In this document: one piece after another, positions 53,800 to 62,932 of the stretch
How the letters are laid out: each line of letters opens with the position of its first letter
Numbering within the stretch: position 1 is the first letter of the stretch
NCBI GenBank assembly: GCA_029858305.1
Contig: JAOUFI010000001.1
Coordinates: 39 to 64,038 of the forward strand
Source: Candidatus Thorarchaeota archaeon
GTDB taxonomy: Archaea > Asgardarchaeota > Thorarchaeia > Thorarchaeales > Thorarchaeaceae
Direction of reading: 5' to 3'
DNA: 64,000 nt
The notes under the pieces: generated by a model
Databases searched by the model: none
Seen by the model: the letters and a program-made list of their open reading frames with translations, nothing else
What the model was told of the DNA's origin: nothing
Program-made: the position numbers and the translations under genes

Positions 53800-54645
53800 C
53801 TATAGTACATAGTTGAAGATTTTCATGATTTGTCCGATATTGACTAGACTTCTATGAGCCTCTTCTCGGGGCCGTACTTCAAACACAAACTGCGGTTTTG
53901 CAGATAGTTTGCTGAGGAAACTTAATGTTTCTTGAAAGTCGATAAGTCCATTTCCGACAACCTGATGCTCCCCAATCTGAGGAATGAGATCATGAACATG
54001 AACAACCTCGATAGATCCCTTGTATCTTTGGAATAGATTCCAATCTGCCTCCTTTAGTTTTAGATCTAAGCCATATAGCTTTGGAATATCAAGACACAGC
54101 TTCAGACCTTGGGGAATGAGATGCTCTATCACTTCGCGAATGAGTGGTGTCCAATTTACATTTTCAATAACCAGTCTGACTTGTGGCCGCGCATGTGTAA
54201 GAAGCTCTGACAGATTTTCGCGAAGGACTTGAGCATAGACCGATTGGTATTGTTGGCTGAAGCCATCTGGGGGGTGGTTGCCTGCTTTTCTAAAGCTTGG
54301 TGGAACCCCAGCATGTATGACCACATTTGTTGGTCCTATACTGAGCTCTCGTGCCAGATTGATGATTTGTTTGAAGTGTGAAATCACTCCGTTTCTGATT
54401 GGAGGATAGGTCGATAGCAAGCTGACATCGTCACCAGGCGCATGAAATCCCCACTCGATGGAGAATTCTCGCGATAAATCTCGTAAAACAGTCCGCTCAT
54501 TGGATGAAATTTTCTCTGGTGAGAAAATCGGGACACCTAGATCAGGAACTATACCATTCCAATCATTCGCGGCAGCATATCTGATTGATTCAGCTAGTGA
54601 GGTGTCGTACACTGCATGGTATGCTCGTCGAGTGGGAAATTGCAT
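53800..54645 (-). CDS. xylose-isomerase-like TIM-barrel protein (sugar phosphate isomerase/epimerase family)
   Basis: GFHAP, VVIHAG, LVIEN, CLDIPK, VHVHD series typical of the AP-endonuclease-2/TIM-barrel family. Confidence 0.65.
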   Translation of the reverse strand: MQFPTRRAYHAVYDTSLAESIRYAAANDWNGIVPDLGVPIFSPEKISSNERTVLRDLSREFSIEWGFHAPGDDVSLLSTYPPIRNGVISHFKQIINLARELSIGPTNVVIHAGVPPSFRKAGNHPPDGFSQQYQSVYAQVLRENLSELLTHARPQVRLVIENVNWTPLIREVIEHLIPQGLKLCLDIPKLYGLDLKLKEADWNLFQRYKGSIEVVHVHDLIPQIGEHQVVGNGLIDFQETLSFLSKLSAKPQFVFEVRPREEAHRSLVNIGQIMKIFNYVL

Positions 54646-54811
54646 AGAAGAAGATATTTCATGGGTTCTTATGAGCTTGACTAAGTGGACTGATGTGCTT
54701 TATTTTCTAAGACTACAAAAGATTCATGTCGCTGATGTCAAGAACTTTGAATCAAAGTATACATTGAAATGTAGAACTTGTTCATAGACAATAAACCACA
54801 TCGAATGAGGG

Positions 54812-56068
54812 GTGCCCATGAAACCAGTTGAGATTATTATTGCAGGTGCAGGAGATCGGGGATTCGTTTATGCGTCATATGCAAAGGAACATCCAGACAG
54901 AGCGAAGATTGTTGGTGTAGCTGAACCACGTGACTTTTACCGAGAAAAAATGGCGCGAGAATATGATATACCAGGAGAGAATGTCTTCGATGATTGGAAA
55001 GACCTAGCGAAACGGGACAGATTTGCAGATGTGGCGATAATCACAACTCAAGATCACATGCATCGAGATCCTGCAATTGCATTTGCAAAGAAGGGGTATC
55101 ACATCCTTTTAGAGAAGCCAATGGCTATTGATGAGAAAGGCTGTCGAGATATAACTAAGACTATCCTCGAAAAAAAGGTCTTATTTGCTGTGGGACATGT
55201 ACTCAGATATACAAAATATACGCAGATACTGAAGGGACTAATCGAATCTGGCATAATTGGTGATGTCATTAGTATCCAACATCTTGAGCCGGTTGGATTT
55301 TGGCATCAGGCACATTCATTTGTGAGAGGGAACTGGAGAAATGAGAAAGAATCCTCATTCATGTTACTCACGAAATCTTGCCATGACCTTGATTGGATAC
55401 GTTATATAATAGGGAAAAAATGCGTGTCTGTTTCTTCCTTTGGTTCACTCACTCACTTCAAAAAAGAAAACAAACCTAACATTGCAGGAAATAATTGCCT
55501 AGAATGTGATTTCGAACCGGACTGTCCTTATTCGGCAAAACGAATCTATCTCGGATTCATTAAACGTGGAAACACTGGGTGGCCTGTGAGTGTTGTCACA
55601 TCGGATGTTACTGTGCCAGGAGTTATCAAAGCTCTGCGAGAGGGGCCCTATGGAAGGTGTGTTTACGATTGCGACAACGATGTAGTGGATCATCAGGTTG
55701 TAAATATGGAATTTGAGGGCGGCGAAACCGCAACATTCACTATGACCGGTTTCACTAAAGCAAGGCAGAGAGAAACTCGGATTTTTGGCACTAGAGGAGA
55801 AATATATGGAAATGGGACAAAGATTCAGTTTTTCGAGTTCCTGACAGGCAGGTCTGAGATTGTTGATATTTCTGCAGAGGAGCCATCGTCGCTTGCGGAC
55901 CATGGAGGAGGAGACTATGGGTTGATTCATTCATTTATTTCAGCTGTCGCAGAGAATGATTCTAGCAAGATATTATCTGGTCCTGAAGAAACGCTTGAGA
56001 GTCACCTCATGGTCTTTGCGGCAGAGAGAAGTCGGAAAGAGCGAAAGGTTGTTGATTTCAAGATATAG
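54812..56068 (+). CDS. Gfo/Idh/MocA-family NAD(P)-dependent oxidoreductase
   Basis: IIIAGAGDRG Rossmann N-terminus, HILLEKPMA, C-terminal alpha/beta domain. The ATG at 54818 is the likely start. Confidence 0.85.
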   Translation: MPMKPVEIIIAGAGDRGFVYASYAKEHPDRAKIVGVAEPRDFYREKMAREYDIPGENVFDDWKDLAKRDRFADVAIITTQDHMHRDPAIAFAKKGYHILLEKPMAIDEKGCRDITKTILEKKVLFAVGHVLRYTKYTQILKGLIESGIIGDVISIQHLEPVGFWHQAHSFVRGNWRNEKESSFMLLTKSCHDLDWIRYIIGKKCVSVSSFGSLTHFKKENKPNIAGNNCLECDFEPDCPYSAKRIYLGFIKRGNTGWPVSVVTSDVTVPGVIKALREGPYGRCVYDCDNDVVDHQVVNMEFEGGETATFTMTGFTKARQRETRIFGTRGEIYGNGTKIQFFEFLTGRSEIVDISAEEPSSLADHGGGDYGLIHSFISAVAENDSSKILSGPEETLESHLMVFAAERSRKERKVVDFKI

Positions 56069-56235
56069 ATTTTTGGGATTCCTTAGCATCATAATCGACG
56101 ATTCTGTCCAAGGTGGCTACAAGTATAGAATGCCAAAGCACTATTGAGAATAAGTGGTGGAAAGATATTGACATCAACTATTCTATGTGCATCTTGCCCA
56201 AATTCGATGAACGGAATGACAAGTACTGTGATGAT

Positions 56236-56398
56236 CATATACTCAATCGCTGCTGTAGAGAATGATTCTAGCAAGATATTAGTAGATTCTGAAAAAGCGC
56301 TTGAGAGTCACCACATAGTCCATGTAGCAGAGAGAGGTAGAAGAGAGAATACTCAGACCAATCTAGTAAAATCATTCGCCTTTCTAATAGTTGAATGA
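56236..56398 (+). pseudogene. relic 3' fragment of a Gfo/Idh/MocA paralog
   Basis: IYSIAAVENDSSKILVDSEKALESHHIVHVAERGRRE aligns with the C-terminus of 54812-56068 (IHSFISAVAENDSSKILSGPEETLESHLMVFAAERSRKE). A 25-nt identical run AGAGAATGATTCTAGCAAGATATTA is shared. The rest of the gene is absent. Confidence 0.55.
56362..56383 (+). repeat. 22-nt direct repeat, copy 1 (TCTAGTAAAATCATTCGCCTTT)
   Basis: Exact match to 62095-62116. Confidence 0.7.
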
Positions 56399-56416
56399 AA
56401 ACAAATAAAATAGAGC

Positions 56417-57526
56417 CTACTTCTGCTCCTTTTTCATAGTCTTCATTATATCCTTTCCACGCAGATAATCTGTTCTTGCGTTTAGATATGCTAGAGTAAT
56501 GTATTGCTGGTGAATGGCAAAGGTCATTGCAGGAGATAGATAGAAGTTCTTAACAGCACCTATAGATCCTGTGAATCTCTGATCATAATCTTCTTCCCAT
56601 GCAAGATGGTCACCGATTCTGTAGAAACTACTGAAAGCTAATAGGTTGTATCTCCCAACATTGGCTTTCAATAGCAGAGACACATGTGAATCTTCGGAAA
56701 GCACTTTGGTTATTCTGGGCTTGTTTCTTATTATTTCTAGCTTTGAGATAACCAAGAAATACTCAGGCGGTGTCCATATTCGAGGGAACCGACAGACTGG
56801 AGGTTGAATAATCTTCTCATTTATGAGTAGGTCGATTCGTCGCTGGACTGTTCTTCGATGAACATTCAGTGATTTTGCGATATTATTTGGATTGACATGA
56901 ATACCCTTGCCAGACAGAAGAGCCTCCAAAAGATCAACAGATAATTCATCTAATTTCAACCCATTAATTGTGGGGTGAAAACCTAGTTTGAAATTCTCTC
57001 TAAAGGTATTAATTGGTGCAGCTGAATCAGACTTTACTATTGCTTTTGTGCTTAGGTAGATAGGATCAGAGGGAATGTAGTCTATTCCCGACCTTGATGA
57101 AACCATATCATCAGTCAATGACCGCTCCTTCCACAATTGGTAGTCATAGAGGTCTTTATGCAGCTCAATCATCAACGTATTATATTCTTCCTCTTTGAAG
57201 AAGAATGCTGCCCAGATATTAGGATCCAATTCAATCCAAAGGTTAGTCTTGGGATCCCGAGGAAGCCCAATCTTCTCAATGACTAGAAGGGGGTGTTCAT
57301 TTAGTAGCCAAGGAAATGGTAGAAACGGCCGATCAATTATCTCATGTTGGAGTAGTTGCTCATATCGGGATTGAATTGTGTTTCTATGTTTTCCTAGGAG
57401 CTTGGAGAGCTCACTAATGTTGACATCAATACCTTCTCCAGCGCAAACGAGTTTCAGGAGTTCAATATTGATAGGATCATTCAGCAGCGTATTCAATGAA
57501 CTTACTCCTAGTAGTTCTTTCCACAT
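56417..57526 (-). CDS. transcriptional regulator with two wHTH (Lrp/TrmB-like) modules
   Basis: NISELSKLLGKHRNTIQSRYEQLLQHEII and NPNNIAKSLNVHRRTVQRRIDLLINEKII, each followed by a ~100-aa domain. Divergent from gdh. Confidence 0.6.
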   Translation of the reverse strand: MWKELLGVSSLNTLLNDPINIELLKLVCAGEGIDVNISELSKLLGKHRNTIQSRYEQLLQHEIIDRPFLPFPWLLNEHPLLVIEKIGLPRDPKTNLWIELDPNIWAAFFFKEEEYNTLMIELHKDLYDYQLWKERSLTDDMVSSRSGIDYIPSDPIYLSTKAIVKSDSAAPINTFRENFKLGFHPTINGLKLDELSVDLLEALLSGKGIHVNPNNIAKSLNVHRRTVQRRIDLLINEKIIQPPVCRFPRIWTPPEYFLVISKLEIIRNKPRITKVLSEDSHVSLLLKANVGRYNLLAFSSFYRIGDHLAWEEDYDQRFTGSIGAVKNFYLSPAMTFAIHQQYITLAYLNARTDYLRGKDIMKTMKKEQK

Positions 57527-57614
57527 TCATTTTGAACACCAGATTCCAATCTTATTGGCTCCAATATCGAGTGATACTCACGCCAATGCTAAAATCATGA
57601 TGTTCAATTCTTTG

Positions 57615-57632
57615 TGGAATCACCAGATTCCA
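57615..57632. promoter_or_regulatory. palindrome TGGAATC-ACCA-GATTCCA (candidate operator)
   Basis: 7-4-7 inverted repeat in the regulator-gdh spacer. The right half plus spacer (CACCAGATTCCAA) is repeated at 57537-57549. Confidence 0.3.
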
Positions 57633-57867
57633 AGATTTGAATAAAAGCATAGTGACGCAGAAAGATTATGTTTGGAAAATCGAAGATATGTGATAGAATG
57701 ACCAAACATGTAATTAATAGTGCCAAAAATGTACGAAATAATAAAAAAATATCGCATATATTAGCAGCGTCGAACATGAATAAAGAAGTATTAATATTAA
57801 CAAAGTTCAATAATAACGCATCCTAATGCCAAATACTTATATTTGATTCATTAATTTTTGTAATTGA

Positions 57868-59082
57868 GTGATACAAATGTCAGCTATGGATGCCAAAACT
57901 GTTCTTAGTACAGAGAGAGTAATTCAAGCTATGGATCAAGTGAATGTATCTTCTTTTCTCGACTCTTGGGGCCCAGAAGAGGTCATACAGGTCTACGATC
58001 CAATTACCCAAATGCAGGGAGTTCTGGTCATCGACAATACAGCATTGGGTCCTGGAAAGGGAGGCATAAGAATCTCTTCAACAGTGACACCTTTAGAAGT
58101 CTTTAGACTGGCAAGAGCGATGACTTGGAAGTGCTCTTTAGCAGGTATTCCTTTTGGAGGCGCTAAGTCGGGTATTCGAGCCGATCCTTATACTATTAAT
58201 AAGTTGAAGTATGTAGAGGAATTCGCGAGAAAAGTCGCACCATCAACTCCTTCGCGATACATTGCTGCCCCCGATATGAATGTTGGAGAGAAGGAGATAG
58301 CTACTTTTGTGGACACAGTTGGAGATTTACAAGCAGCCACCGGAAAACCGAGCAAGCTAGGAGGAATTCCTCACGAACTAGGAACAACAGGATTTGGTGT
58401 TGGGGTTGCGCTTGAAACAGCATTTGAGATGATAGGTGATTCTATAGGCCTTCCGAGCGATTTAGCAGATACGAGGGTTGTCATACAAGGTTTCGGCAAT
58501 GTAGGGCTATGGATAGCTAAATACCTCGAGAACAAAGGAGCCAAGATTGTAGCCTTGAATGATTATTGGGGTACTATATACAACATTGAGGGTATTGATA
58601 TCAGCAAGGCTGAAAAACACGCATATGCTACAAGTGAGAAGTCATCAATTAAGAACTACAAACAAGGAACTGTACTTGGAAGAGATGCTATCCTTGGGAT
58701 TGATTGTGATATCTTTGTACCTTGTGCAGTTGGCGACGTGATAAATGAAGGTACATGGCCTTCCATTAAGGCCAAAATGATTGTGGAAGGCGCAAACAAT
58801 GCAACCAGGCCGATTTCTGAGAGACAACTCTTTGAGAATGGAGTGGTTATTATTCCAGACTTCTTGGCCAATGCCGGGGGTGTCATTGGGTCATATGTTG
58901 AATACAAGAATGGCAATGAAGAAGAAGCATTCGCTATGATAGAATCCAAGATTAAGAAGAACACTGAACTTGTAGTAAGAGATGCTATGGACCGAAAACT
59001 CACTCCAAGGCAAGTAGCCTTAGAAATAGCACAAACAAGAGTGTTGGATGCAATGGAAAAACAGGGTAGAGGTCGCCAATAA
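57868..59082 (+). CDS. gdhA: Glu/Leu/Phe/Val dehydrogenase (glutamate dehydrogenase-like)
   Basis: GPGKGGIRIS, catalytic-Lys context PFGGAKSGI, APDMNVG, QGFGNVG (NAD(P)-binding), EGANN. Confidence 0.9.
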   Translation: MIQMSAMDAKTVLSTERVIQAMDQVNVSSFLDSWGPEEVIQVYDPITQMQGVLVIDNTALGPGKGGIRISSTVTPLEVFRLARAMTWKCSLAGIPFGGAKSGIRADPYTINKLKYVEEFARKVAPSTPSRYIAAPDMNVGEKEIATFVDTVGDLQAATGKPSKLGGIPHELGTTGFGVGVALETAFEMIGDSIGLPSDLADTRVVIQGFGNVGLWIAKYLENKGAKIVALNDYWGTIYNIEGIDISKAEKHAYATSEKSSIKNYKQGTVLGRDAILGIDCDIFVPCAVGDVINEGTWPSIKAKMIVEGANNATRPISERQLFENGVVIIPDFLANAGGVIGSYVEYKNGNEEEAFAMIESKIKKNTELVVRDAMDRKLTPRQVALEIAQTRVLDAMEKQGRGRQ

Positions 59083-59084
59083 AT

Positions 59085-59897
59085 ATGGTAGGTAAACTGG
59101 ATGAATTCGCCGCGCCAATCCTTCCAATTATATGGGGTAGTCTGAGAAATCTGTTCGATTTCGAGAAGATAGAAATCCCTTGTGGTGTTAGACTCGTCGG
59201 AAGTGTGCGCGGCGATTTTCCAGTTGATGCCTACTCCCCTATTTTTCTTGAGATTTCCAAGGAACTTGGTAGAGAGGATTTGTCTGGCAGGTTTGGTTCT
59301 GCAGTAATGAATGACGAACCGAAAGTCTACGACAATGTATGGTACCCAGCAAGAACCATACCATTGCCCATCTATGAAAATGATCCAGAACTAAGTTATG
59401 AAGGATTACGAGATGGTTATTGTCAGTTATTGAGTGGTTGGTTCAATTCACCTATTCCGGATAACTTGCCTTGTGCAGCCGTAGCTGTTAAGACTCGAGG
59501 TAATTACTGTGCTGAAAGAGAGGCGCAATTGATTGTTGTCCTGCTATTATGGCCAAATAATTCAGCTCGGCTTCTGTTTCTAGAATTTTTCGAGGGGGCC
59601 GTAGAGGACTGTATCTCACCAGAATGGTACCTCAGTGTGTCTAAGCTGATGTCAGTTTCTGTGGCAATGCAAGAAATGAAGAGAACATACAATCACCTTC
59701 CAGAATGGGATAGACCTAACTCAACAGTATCTATCAAACCACTGTTCTTAGAATCTGCTCTTACAAATGGGAGAAAGGAGAACAGATTTGAAAGTCATTG
59801 GAAGTATGAATGGATTTACAATGAAAGAAAAAATCTGCTGATTGACATGAATGTGCTACTTGATGATCTATATGCCATTCTACTACAATCATTGTAG
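59085..59897 (+). CDS. hypothetical protein, tightly coupled to gdh
   Basis: 270-aa ORF starting 2 nt after the gdh stop. No family recognised. Confidence 0.5.
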   Translation: MVGKLDEFAAPILPIIWGSLRNLFDFEKIEIPCGVRLVGSVRGDFPVDAYSPIFLEISKELGREDLSGRFGSAVMNDEPKVYDNVWYPARTIPLPIYENDPELSYEGLRDGYCQLLSGWFNSPIPDNLPCAAVAVKTRGNYCAEREAQLIVVLLLWPNNSARLLFLEFFEGAVEDCISPEWYLSVSKLMSVSVAMQEMKRTYNHLPEWDRPNSTVSIKPLFLESALTNGRKENRFESHWKYEWIYNERKNLLIDMNVLLDDLYAILLQSL

Positions 59898-60090
59898 TTT
59901 TTTCATACTTTTCTTTTTGGCTGCTAACGAAACCTGATTGAGTACTCCAAGTGGGCGTGATTGGCAGAAAACCAGTAGTTTTACAATGTTATACACATTT
60001 TTTTCAGACGAATCAAAGAAAGGCGATCTAATTTGGACGAGGTAATTGCAATAACACAAGAAACATAGAATGGTTTCAATCGGCAGTAAT

Positions 60091-60567
60091 TCAGAATGTA
60101 GATTTTTTCTCGATCAGGTATGGAACATAGTCTGTTGCTTCTACATCCTTACCAAGCATTCGAAGTAATGTTACAATCTGTCCTCGATGGTACGTCGCAT
60201 GATTGATGATATTGAAAATCATCTCATCTTGACGAATCATTGCATCTCCAGATCCAATCGATACTGTTGTTGCATCAAAATTATTTTTGTGAATCAAGTC
60301 CATTATGAGTTCATTGAAACGATTGATATGTTCAAACAAATCTTTCCGCGACAGTTTATCTAAATCAACTTTTTCATGTTCTAGGCCTACCCATCGTTGG
60401 TACCAATGGGAATGGCCTAATGCCATGTGGAGATATCGGTCTCGAATGCTACCACTATATTCATTGAACGTGCAGCAGAACTCCTCTTCTGTAAGCTCCT
60501 TCACAATTTTCCAAATCTTCATGTCTGCCCAGAGAGTGTAATCGCCCATCCTTTGTAGCAGTAACAT
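60091..60567 (-). CDS. DinB-family (four-helix-bundle metalloenzyme-like) protein
   Basis: WADMKIW, HMALGHSHW and HATYHRGQIV His triad spacing typical of DinB/YfiT. Confidence 0.7.
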   Translation of the reverse strand: MLLLQRMGDYTLWADMKIWKIVKELTEEEFCCTFNEYSGSIRDRYLHMALGHSHWYQRWVGLEHEKVDLDKLSRKDLFEHINRFNELIMDLIHKNNFDATTVSIGSGDAMIRQDEMIFNIINHATYHRGQIVTLLRMLGKDVEATDYVPYLIEKKSTF

Positions 60568-60644
60568 AAGACGTGCCTGATGTCAGTCTACTTAAACCAA
60601 AGGGCCAGCGCAATCGATGCGAATACAATACACAGGAATTCTTC

Positions 60645-61469
60645 TTACGATGGGGATTCCTCAAGAAGCCATAGACAGATTTTCAACATAAGCCCCCATT
60701 CTGAGTCAGGATCAGAGAACGTATCCCATAAGTCGGTCCCGTCATTCATATTCCCCTCTTCATATTCTGGGTGCGGACTTGAGAGAAACACTGTTCCATT
60801 TCCATATTTGAAGGCAATCATTGAGGGCAACCCTGTATCAGTATAGGTGCAGATTGGAATTATGTCCGTCATGTCTTCTGTTTCAAAATATCCTGATGAT
60901 TCGTAGAAGATAATATACGAATCTGGTTCGTCGCTCAAATCAGGACCAGTTGATTCTCTATTAACATCCATCTCAAGAAGCCAGGTACCGGTCCCATTAC
61001 AGTCGGACCAGATTATTCCTTGGAAGAGACCAAGCCGTAATCCAGTAGCATAGGTTGCGCCACCACCAATTCCGAAATAAGATCCTCCTTGAAGAATAAA
61101 CTGCCGAACGATTTCATAATCATTTAGTATTTCACAACGGTCATCACACCAGCATCCTCCAGGTGCGACAAAGATATCATACGAGGTCAGTACTCCAGAT
61201 TCAACGTCTTCACTACTGATTACTGTAACATCAGCACCCATCCAACCGAACATGTTCTCAAGTGCTGTTTGGCTTGCAAGAGTCGTTCCCCGGTCATCAT
61301 AGATTGCGACCTTCACTCCTGCCAATGGTTCAGATAGAGATGTAGCTATGTAGTAAATTGAGGGTGCAAGAATTACAATGGTGATAATGGCAGCGATAAT
61401 AAGTTTCTTTTCTCTTGTGTATGGACCCATCTCATCACAAGCTTTTAGATATCTACATTCTATGTGCAC
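60645..61469 (-). CDS. membrane-anchored class-I glutamine-amidotransferase-like (BPL_N-like) protein
   Basis: TM anchor LIIAAIITIVILAPSIYY, then VAIYDDRG..SYDIFVAPGG..GGSYFGIGGGATYA, resembling a GATase1-like fold. The likely start is the Met at 61430. Confidence 0.4.
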   Translation of the reverse strand: MHIECRYLKACDEMGPYTREKKLIIAAIITIVILAPSIYYIATSLSEPLAGVKVAIYDDRGTTLASQTALENMFGWMGADVTVISSEDVESGVLTSYDIFVAPGGCWCDDRCEILNDYEIVRQFILQGGSYFGIGGGATYATGLRLGLFQGIIWSDCNGTGTWLLEMDVNRESTGPDLSDEPDSYIIFYESSGYFETEDMTDIIPICTYTDTGLPSMIAFKYGNGTVFLSSPHPEYEEGNMNDGTDLWDTFSDPDSEWGLMLKICLWLLEESPS

Positions 61470-61687
61470 ATTCTTTATACAAAAGGTGCATCATCAAAGC
61501 AAGTTTGGCATAGGTTCAATGTCAGGAGTTAGAGCGATGGAAAGTGATATTTGTATCGAAAATCATCGTACCTATCTCTTGCTCAGCAAGTCATTCATCC
61601 GCGAATTCAGAGAAGGAAACAAGATTACGCGATGAGAAATACTTATTGCAATTAGGGGGTCTTTTAGCAAATTCGGAGGCGTGCAAA

Positions 61688-62056
61688 TTGACAAGTGTAT
61701 GCGTAATCGGGATTTATGTAGATGACATGGATAAAGCTGTGGAATTCTACTGCGAGAAACTTGGTTTCAAGGAAGCTCAAAGATACAATGACGGTTGTAT
61801 TGTGCGTCTTGAGAATGACGGGCCACCACTCATCCTTGAGAAAGTTGAGAAGCAAAATAAAATTGAATATCCAGGCAAGTCGCAAATTGTGCTTGGTATT
61901 GAAACTGACAACATAGAGAAAGCTGTTAGAGAGATGAGAAACAAAGGAATTGAGTTTCTTTATGACAGCCCGCAGGCATTTGTTGCAGGATTTTCAATGG
62001 CAATGAGAGATCCATCTGGAAATGTTTTGGAGTTGCTTCAGTTCAATAAGGAATGA
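61688..62056 (+). CDS. VOC-family (glyoxalase/bleomycin-resistance-like) protein
   Basis: IGIYVDDMDKAVEFYCEKLGF....RDPSGNVLELLQ pattern. TTG at 61688, preceded by GGAGG, gives a normal ~122-aa single VOC domain. The track ORF start at 61544 is unlikely. Confidence 0.7.
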   Translation: MTSVCVIGIYVDDMDKAVEFYCEKLGFKEAQRYNDGCIVRLENDGPPLILEKVEKQNKIEYPGKSQIVLGIETDNIEKAVREMRNKGIEFLYDSPQAFVAGFSMAMRDPSGNVLELLQFNKE

Positions 62057-62094
62057 AAAGCGCGAATTAGGATTCAATAATCAACCTGATGTTT

Positions 62095-62116
62095 TCTAGT
62101 AAAATCATTCGCCTTT
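62095..62116 (+). repeat. 22-nt direct repeat, copy 2 (TCTAGTAAAATCATTCGCCTTT)
   Basis: Exact match to 56362-56383. Lies in the convergent spacer between the VOC and UbiE-like genes. Confidence 0.7.
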
Positions 62117-62129
62117 TCTGCCCAAAAAA

Positions 62130-62852
62130 CTATTTCACGGCTTTATGAATGGCAACAATACCGAAGTTCATTGTTCTGTAGCTGACTTTGGAAAATCCTG
62201 CCTCATGAAGAATCACTGACAACTCCTCTGCTCCAAAGAAACCTTCAACTGAATGTGCTAGATATGCATAACCAGTCCGTGAACCAGAAATTAGTCGCCC
62301 AAGCGTCCTAACAATCCTCTTTGTATATAGATGGTATGCAGCTCGGATTGGTATGCACTTTGGTTGGCTGGTCTCAAGATTGATGAATCGACCCTCTGGT
62401 TTCAAGACACGATGAAACTCTTTGAAGAATCTCATTAATCGTACACGATTGCCAGTGATGTTCCTCGTAGCAAACGAGATTACTATTAGATCAAATGTGT
62501 TGTCGAGAAAAGGAAGTCTGGAGGATTCAGCAAGAGAAATGGATGTTTTTTGAAGTTCTGATTTGATTCTGGCTTTTGAAACCATGGGAAAAGAAAAATC
62601 ACTAAGAACTATTCTGGTACTTGGACTAGCATACTTCTGAAGGTTGACTGCCATTTCTCCAGTTCCACTACAGACCTCCAACCAGAGTGTACCACCATCA
62701 GCTGTCGCAATTTGAGAGGCTCTCTTTCGCCAAGGGATGTCTAAACCAAAGGTAAGAGTATGATTCACTAACTCATACTGATTTGCCACCTCTGAAAATA
62801 TCTTGAGAAGTCCTTTGCTCATCAGGTATGCACCCATTAGTCGAAAAACCAC
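62130..62852 (-). CDS. UbiE/MenG-family SAM-dependent methyltransferase
   Basis: IFSEVANQYELVNHTLTFGLDIPWRKRA is the UbiE/COQ5 N-terminal signature. LEVCSGTGE motif I. The likely start is the Met at 62822. Confidence 0.8.
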   Translation of the reverse strand: MVFRLMGAYLMSKGLLKIFSEVANQYELVNHTLTFGLDIPWRKRASQIATADGGTLWLEVCSGTGEMAVNLQKYASPSTRIVLSDFSFPMVSKARIKSELQKTSISLAESSRLPFLDNTFDLIVISFATRNITGNRVRLMRFFKEFHRVLKPEGRFINLETSQPKCIPIRAAYHLYTKRIVRTLGRLISGSRTGYAYLAHSVEGFFGAEELSVILHEAGFSKVSYRTMNFGIVAIHKAVK

Positions 62853-62932
62853 ATTCTAGGAGACAGATTTGAGTGTAACATGGTGTCTGTTGATAATGTT
62901 GACCATAGAGGCTAATGCAATTGACACATATT

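Noticed and set aside
57604-57810. 68-aa minus-strand ORF in the regulator-gdh spacer. A related case is 56089-56274.
   Set aside because: Extremely AT-rich, Phe/Ile/Leu/Asn-biased translation with no SD. This is the composition expected from a non-coding AT-rich spacer.
56362-62116. The repeat-bracketed 5.7-kb block as an integrated mobile element or provirus.
   Set aside because: There is no integrase, transposase, tRNA target, terminal inverted repeats or phage/plasmid genes. It is retained only as a possible recombination footprint.
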